The notes beneath the pieces were generated by a model. It searched no databases. It saw only the letters and a list, made by a program, of their open reading frames with translations, and was not told the origin of the DNA. A program made the translations under genes and the position numbers. From Myxococcales bacterium (GTDB lineage: Bacteria > Myxococcota_A > Polyangia > Polyangiales > DASUME01): a DNA stretch of 64,000 bases. The DNA lies in the NCBI GenBank assembly GCA_047601445.1, contig JASGJH010000001.1, positions 2,720,001 to 2,784,000 on the forward strand, written 5' to 3'. The first letter of the stretch is position 1. Every line of letters starts with the position of its first letter. This document shows, one piece after another, positions 58,098 to 64,000 of the stretch.

Positions 58098-58256
58098 TCA
58101 TTTCGTTTCACTGTGCTCGGTGTGTTGCTGACAAGCCGGACAGAACTTCTTCAGGTGAAGGCGCTCGCCCGGCTTGGCCTGCGGACTCTTGGTGGTTTTG
58201 TAGTTACGTGCGCCACACTGTTCGCACGCGAGCACGATGCGCTTACGGGCGCTCAA
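58098..58256 (-). CDS. rpmG: 50S ribosomal protein L33 (Zn-binding form), TTG start
   Basis: RIVLACEQC..RNY.T.K...LKKFCPAC..HT.H.E.K. Confidence 0.93.
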   Translation of the reverse strand: MSARKRIVLACEQCGARNYKTTKSPQAKPGERLHLKKFCPACQQHTEHSETK

Positions 58257-58257
58257 G

Positions 58258-59448
<1,191 letters not shown>

Positions 59449-59493
59449 CGCTATTCCTCCAGTCAGTGCCGATTCAAACGCGGATACAAAAAG

Positions 59494-59568
59494 TGGAGCC
59501 CAGAATGGGATTTGAACCCACGACCTCCTCCTTACCAAGGAGGTGCTCTACCCCTGAGCTATCTGGGC
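59494..59568 (-). tRNA. tRNA-Thr(GGT)
   Basis: Anticodon loop TTGGTAA; encoded CCA. Confidence 0.97.
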
Positions 59569-59658
59569 AAAAACACACGCGCGACTTACGTCGAAGGTTC
59601 TTGTGGAGCCTTCGATTTGGGTCTCCATTCCGTGCCCTCTTGCGAGGACGCGGACCGG

Positions 59659-59731
59659 AGCGGGATGACGGGTTCGAACCGACGACGTTCAGCTTGGAAA
59701 GCTGACGCTCTACCAACTGAGCTAATCCCGC
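59659..59731 (-). tRNA. tRNA-Gly(TCC)
   Basis: Anticodon loop TTTCCAA; CCA not encoded. Confidence 0.96.
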
Positions 59732-59837
59732 GAGTACATCGCCGAGGTTTTGCGCCCCGACTCTGCAGCCCGATCGTGACGAGCACGAATCGGGACTTTG
59801 AGAGACCGGCAACGCGAACGTACCGGTTTGGTGTCAG

Positions 59838-59920
59838 TGGAGGGTGGTGGGTTCGAACCACCGTAGGCTATTGCCGGCAGATTTACAGTCTGCTCCCTTT
59901 GGCCGCTCGGGCAACCCTCC
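59838..59920 (-). tRNA. tRNA-Tyr(GTA)
   Basis: Anticodon loop CTGTAAA; long variable arm; CCA not encoded. Confidence 0.96.
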
Positions 59921-59974
59921 GGAAAGTGCATGGCTTTTCAAAAGTGCGACCGCCTCGGATGGCGTCGCGTGATG

Positions 59975-60046
59975 AGCTGGCGACGGGAATTGAACCCACA
60001 ACCACCTGTTTACAAAACAGGTGCTCTACCATTGAGCTACGCCAGC
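59975..60046 (-). tRNA. tRNA-Thr(TGT)
   Basis: Anticodon loop TTTGTAA; CCA not encoded. Confidence 0.96.
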
Positions 60047-60153
60047 GGCGAAGGTTGCGGCAGCGATCTCCCGCAGACCTCCTCTTGAGTGAACTGGGCC
60101 GAAGGCGCCAAAAAGACGCAACCCCGCGCCCCGCAGCAATCGCGAGGGCGCCT

Positions 60154-60182
60154 TAAGTAGGCCAAGGCTCACGATGTGTCAA
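60154..60182 (-). promoter_or_regulatory. sigma70 promoter of the tRNA-tuf operon
   Basis: TTGACA-N17-TACTTA followed by a GC-rich discriminator (AGGCGCC). Confidence 0.65.
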
Positions 60183-61429
60183 GGAGCTCCCGAAGTTCGC
60201 ATGCTTGCGGGATCGTTGGAGGTGCCCGGCGAGGTGGCCGGCACGGTGGCCGGCGCGGAGCTAGGAGACGGGGCAGAAGCGGGTTCTGGCGCGGGCGAAG
60301 AGACCGCTGGTTTGGCCACTTCTGCGGGCAAACCGCCCAAACCCGGGGGTTGCTCCAAGAGCAGCGTGCGAGTTCGTTCCAGGTCCTTGCGGGTGGCTTC
60401 CGCCCACTCGGTTTGGACGCCTGTGCGCTCGACCATCATAAGCGTGAGCTCCCAGTAGCGGATCGCGTGGCGTAAAAGCGGCTTGATCAGCTTGGCCAAT
60501 TCCTGGGGATAAACCGCCTTGGCCGGCTCAGAAAGTGTCTTGGGCACCGGTGCGCCCATCAGATCGTGCCAGAGCTTGTCGTACATGGCGCCGATGCGAT
60601 TGCCGGAGGCGGCCGCCCAGTGTGCGTTGGTGAAGCGCACGGCGTTGAAGTACTCGCGCTGTGCGTCCAGCAGCATCTGGGCGCGCTTCACGAGCACGGC
60701 GCGTTGCTCGTCCTGATTCGTGTCCGGAAACGCCATCGCCTCGGCGCGCAGGCGAATGGTCTCCGCCACGACGAAGTTGGCGGCGGCGGCGTAGTAGGGG
60801 TCGGTGGCCAGATCTTCGGGGTGCGTGCGGTAGTAGGTGAGCGTTTGTTGGGCCTGGCGCTCGGCGGCCTCGAGGTCGTTGCGCCCGAGCAAGGCCTGGG
60901 AGCGCATGGCCATGGCCTCCACGCGCTCGGCGCCGTCGAGATCGGCGCGGGCCAGCAAGGAGTCGGACAACGAAAGGGCCTGCTCCCACTCCCCCATGTC
61001 GGTGCGCAGATGGCCAGCCTGGAACGTGGCGTGTTTCACGTCCGGCGATCCCGGTAGCGCAGCGATCAAGGCTTCGAAATGCGCCAGGGCCCCCGCCTTG
61101 TCGCCCAGCTGAGCCAGGCACAGGCCTGCGTTGTAGTAGGCGGCCGAAGCGTATTGGCTGGAGGCGAACTCGCCGGTGATGCGGTCGTAGAGGGGGACGG
61201 CGCTCTGACAACGCCCGGCGTCCAGCTCCGAGTTGGCGCGCTGGAACAGCTCCTCGGCGTCGTAGCTTTCGAAACTGTAGTTCCCCGCTTCGTCGTGCTT
61301 GGCGACGATGCGCAGGGCCTCCATCTCGACCACTTTGTTGGGGGTGGTGGGCTGCGCCGTACGTGCAGCGCAGCCCGACGACAGGGCCAGACTCAAGAGC
61401 AGCGATGCCTGCGGAGACAGCTTCTTCAT
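60179..61429 (-). CDS. TPR-repeat lipoprotein (BamD/CpoB-like repeats)
   Basis: MKK..LALSSGC lipobox; TPR helices (AYYNAGLCL, ATFQAG). Confidence 0.8.
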   Translation of the reverse strand: MKKLSPQASLLLSLALSSGCAARTAQPTTPNKVVEMEALRIVAKHDEAGNYSFESYDAEELFQRANSELDAGRCQSAVPLYDRITGEFASSQYASAAYYNAGLCLAQLGDKAGALAHFEALIAALPGSPDVKHATFQAGHLRTDMGEWEQALSLSDSLLARADLDGAERVEAMAMRSQALLGRNDLEAAERQAQQTLTYYRTHPEDLATDPYYAAAANFVVAETIRLRAEAMAFPDTNQDEQRAVLVKRAQMLLDAQREYFNAVRFTNAHWAAASGNRIGAMYDKLWHDLMGAPVPKTLSEPAKAVYPQELAKLIKPLLRHAIRYWELTLMMVERTGVQTEWAEATRKDLERTRTLLLEQPPGLGGLPAEVAKPAVSSPAPEPASAPSPSSAPATVPATSPGTSNDPASMRTSGAP

Positions 61430-61479
61430 GGCTAACGCTAAAGACGCCCTTTCGGAGGAAAGGTTCTGCGATGTTTGGT

Positions 61480-61543
61480 CGTAACAGCTGTTACGGTGTG
61501 ACGCCGTCCGGCCGGGGGGCCGAGTGTTACGCAGGGGTGTTAC
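61480..61543. promoter_or_regulatory. clustered TGTTAC motifs (candidate enhancer-binding-protein sites)
   Basis: Perfect palindrome CGTAACAGCTGTTACG (61480-61495), TGTGAC at 61497, TGTTAC at 61525 and 61538. Confidence 0.5.
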
Positions 61544-61613
61544 ACCCGGCGTCGCCTCCGGGCCAGGACGACTAGATCGCGAAAAACCGCGTAAATTCGC
61601 GACGCGAACGAGT

Positions 61614-61629
61614 TGGCACAGTGGGTGCA
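61614..61629 (+). promoter_or_regulatory. putative sigma54 (-24/-12) promoter
   Basis: TGGCAC-AGTGG-GTGCA upstream of the ECF sigma gene. Confidence 0.6.
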
Positions 61630-61682
61630 TTTGGGGGTTGCGAGCGGTGAGAGAACGCCGCTGCACGAAAGGCCCCCCGACG

Positions 61683-62315
61683 ATGACGACGAGCGCAGTT
61701 GCCCCCTCCTTCCTGGCTTCAGAGTGGACCGAGATGGAGCTCCTGCAGCAGATGCTGAAGCGCGATGGACGTGCGTGGCGCGAGTTCCACACTCGCTACG
61801 ACCGCCTGATCTACCGCGCTATCCACAAGGTGACCCAGCGCTTCGCCGCGGTCCTGAGCAGCGCCGACGTCGATGAGATCTACGCGCTCTTCATGTGCAG
61901 CCTGAATACGCGCGACATGCACAAGTTGCGCACTTTCGAGCCCGAGCGCGGTCACCGCCTCAGCACCTGGATCGGCCTCTTGGCTACCAACGCGGCCTGG
62001 GATTACCTGCGCACCGTGGCCCGTCAGCCGGTACGCGCGAACGCCCTCGAGGCGGAGGACCTGCGCTGCAGCAGCCCGGATCCGTTCCACGCGCTGGCGG
62101 CCAAGGAGGAGTGGTCGCGCGTCAGCGACATGCTGAGCGGGTTCTCCGAGAAGGACCGGACGTTCGTGGACCTGTTCTTCTTGCAGGGCCGCACGCCGGA
62201 GCAGATCGCCGAGGAGATGCAGATCTCGGTCAAGACCGTGTACAGCAAGAAGCACAAGATCCGCTGTCGTCTCGAGAGCGTGCTCGGCATCGCATCGACG
62301 GCCGAAGCGGCCTGA
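61683..62315 (+). CDS. ECF-type sigma-70 factor
   Basis: D.RAW..F..RY, LSTWI...ATN..WDYLR, EQIAEEMQISVKTVYS. Confidence 0.88.
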   Translation: MTTSAVAPSFLASEWTEMELLQQMLKRDGRAWREFHTRYDRLIYRAIHKVTQRFAAVLSSADVDEIYALFMCSLNTRDMHKLRTFEPERGHRLSTWIGLLATNAAWDYLRTVARQPVRANALEAEDLRCSSPDPFHALAAKEEWSRVSDMLSGFSEKDRTFVDLFFLQGRTPEQIAEEMQISVKTVYSKKHKIRCRLESVLGIASTAEAA

Positions 62316-62390
62316 TCGACGCTCGCTGCGCGCCGACGGCGGCGCGACCGTTTTCTTGGCCCGATACGCACACTGTCTTACATTGTGTCC

Positions 62391-62759
62391 ATGACTGGTC
62401 ATGAACGACGTCGAGCCCCTCGCGTGCCTGTTTCCGTGTACTTGGAGCAGCACGTCGAAGGCCAAACCCACCGCTGTTTCTCGAGCAATCTGAGTCGCTC
62501 GGGCCTCTATATGGAACGCCCGATCGCGTCCTTCGTCCGGCACAGCGCCTCGGTCCAGCTGGAGATTCCGCTGCCCGACGGCCAGCCCGAGCCGCTCTGG
62601 GCGAGCGCGGAAGTCGTCTACGACTGCTTCGACGCGCTGTTTCACGGAACAGCGGTCCGCTTCACGGCGCTGGGTAGCCGCGATCAGGCGCGCCTCGATG
62701 CGTTTCTCGCCCAGTCGGGCGGCGAAGCTCCGGTGGTGCTCGAAGCGCAGGTGGCCTGA
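62391..62759 (+). CDS. PilZ domain protein
   Basis: RRRAPRVP and NLSRSG c-di-GMP motifs; GTAVRF. Confidence 0.85.
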   Translation: MTGHERRRAPRVPVSVYLEQHVEGQTHRCFSSNLSRSGLYMERPIASFVRHSASVQLEIPLPDGQPEPLWASAEVVYDCFDALFHGTAVRFTALGSRDQARLDAFLAQSGGEAPVVLEAQVA

Positions 62760-62773
62760 GCACTACGCGGGCG

Positions 62774-62808
62774 GGAGCCGCCGTCGTCCTTGGCTCCTCC
62801 GGTTTTTT
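62774..62808 (+). terminator. possible intrinsic terminator
   Basis: GGAGCC...GGCTCC stem, then T6. Confidence 0.4.
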
Positions 62809-62876
62809 GTGCGACTGCTTGGGCGCGCCGAGGGCAGAGCTGCCGGTAAACTCGGTAGCTCCAGCCTGTTCCACGG

Positions 62877-64000
62877 ATGCGTTCTTCTCTTCTTTCGCCC
62901 TCGTTTTCCGCGCCCATCGGCCGGCTCGTCCTTTGCGGACGCGCGTCGCGCAGGGCGCTGCGATGGGGAGCGCTGGTGTTGATTGGCCTGGTCGCCGCGT
63001 GCGGCGGCGCCAAACCGCGCCCCGAAGTGGCCTTGCCTGCACCGCCTCCGAGCGCAGTCGAGAAGCTCGCGGCGGGCTCCACGCTCGTGGTGGTGCGCCC
63101 TACCCCGCGTGTCGCGCGCATGTCGCTGTGGTTCGACGCTGGCTCCCGTGACGGCACGCCGCCTCAGCTCGCGGCGGCGAGCGCCTACTGGGCCGAGGAG
63201 CACACCGGGGCGAGCGTACGAGTGCTGCCGGACGGCACCGAGCTCAGCCTGTTGTGCGACACGCATGGGCGCGGCGTGGAGGCGTGCGTGGGGCAGTTGG
63301 CGCGCGCATTCGGCTTGAGCGCGCCGAGCCAAGCCGACTGCGAGCGCCTGCGGGCAAAAGTGCGTCAGGCGCGGGTGCGCAGCCGTGGTGACGGCACGCG
63401 CGAGGCGGACGAGCTCGCCTTCGAAGCCCTGTTCGGAAAGACCGCGGCGAGCTTGTTCCCACTGGGCGCCGAGGCGGACGACGCCCAGCTTGACCCGAAG
63501 AACATCCAGCGCTTTCTCGGAGAGTTCTATCGCCCCGCCCGCGCGCTCTTGATCGCCGCCGGCGACGTGGACCAAGCGCGCGTGTCGGCCGCCTTCGACA
63601 AAGCTGCCTCCAAGCAGCGCAGTGGGGCCAAACCTCGTGAGGCCCTTGCGCTGCCGACGCAGTCGGGGCTGCAGCTGCGGGCCGGCAAGCAAGCCTGGTT
63701 GTCCTTCGCCCTCGCCACCCCTTCGACCCAGGCTGCGGCGGCAGTCGGCTTTCAGATGCAGCGCCTGTACCCGCAGGCGCTCGCCAAGATCACCAACCTG
63801 CGCGGCGCACGCGTGCTCCACCTGCGCATGCCGGCGGGGGAGCGTCCGGCGCGACGATTGCAGCGCGCCGTGTTCGATCTGCGGCGACTGGCCCTGGAAA
63901 CGGCGGCCAAACAGGCGCCACGGCCCGAAGAATCCCTGGAGAACTTGACCCGCTTGCTGGGCGAGGACTGGGCGGCGCGCGGGCCGATCGCGCCCCCGCC
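62877..64000 (+). CDS. M16 (insulinase)-like lipoprotein, apparently inactive; runs off window
   Basis: Not in ORF track. Manual translation: ...LVLIGLVAACGG...SLWFDAGSRD...IQRFLGEFYRPARALLIAAGDVD; no HxxEH after GSRD. Start uncertain. Confidence 0.7.
   Translation, partial: MRSSLLSPSFSAPIGRLVLCGRASRRALRWGALVLIGLVAACGGAKPRPEVALPAPPPSAVEKLAAGSTLVVVRPTPRVARMSLWFDAGSRDGTPPQLAAASAYWAEEHTGASVRVLPDGTELSLLCDTHGRGVEACVGQLARAFGLSAPSQADCERLRAKVRQARVRSRGDGTREADELAFEALFGKTAASLFPLGAEADDAQLDPKNIQRFLGEFYRPARALLIAAGDVDQARVSAAFDKAASKQRSGAKPREALALPTQSGLQLRAGKQAWLSFALATPSTQAAAAVGFQMQRLYPQALAKITNLRGARVLHLRMPAGERPARRLQRAVFDLRRLALETAAKQAPRPEESLENLTRLLGEDWAARGPIAPP

Overview
High-GC bacterial chromosomal segment, almost certainly from a Myxococcota (probably Polyangiales-like) genome. 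The evidence is a TIGR04563-type small protein, CdnL, PilZ/FHA/zinc-ribbon/TPR proteins, and an EF-Tu with the atypical 'IAKGGTVRD' switch-I loop. From left to right: (1) a partial complex I operon, nuoE-F-J-K-L-M, whose NuoL carries a ~220-aa C-terminal extension; (2) a signalling/envelope cluster of zinc-ribbon, FHA, TPR/HEAT, Cys-rich and S41-protease genes; (3) a DUF72-like protein with a poly-(ED) tail, an RqcH/NFACT homologue and an unannotated 51-aa histone-H1-like gene; (4) an OmpA/MotB lipoprotein, cdnL behind a ~315-nt structured leader, RNase G, PilZ, FHA-DUF4388 and a peptidase/PD40/beta-barrel protein; (5) a mosaic accessory block with rpoE-chrR, hisS, def, ribE, dienelactone hydrolase, SDR, dctA, ThrE, aspartate 4-decarboxylase, sirtuin, and an NsrR-like regulator with globin and cytochrome c; (6) the core cluster tRNA-tuf-rpmG-trnW-secE-nusG-rplKAJL-rpoBC; (7) a TPR lipoprotein, a sigma54-driven ECF sigma with PilZ, and a partial M16-like protein. 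Two apparent single-base insertions (rpoB and the TPR/HEAT gene) suggest residual assembly errors. No CRISPR array, transposase, integrase or prophage is evident. Family assignments come from motif recognition by eye; no searches were run.
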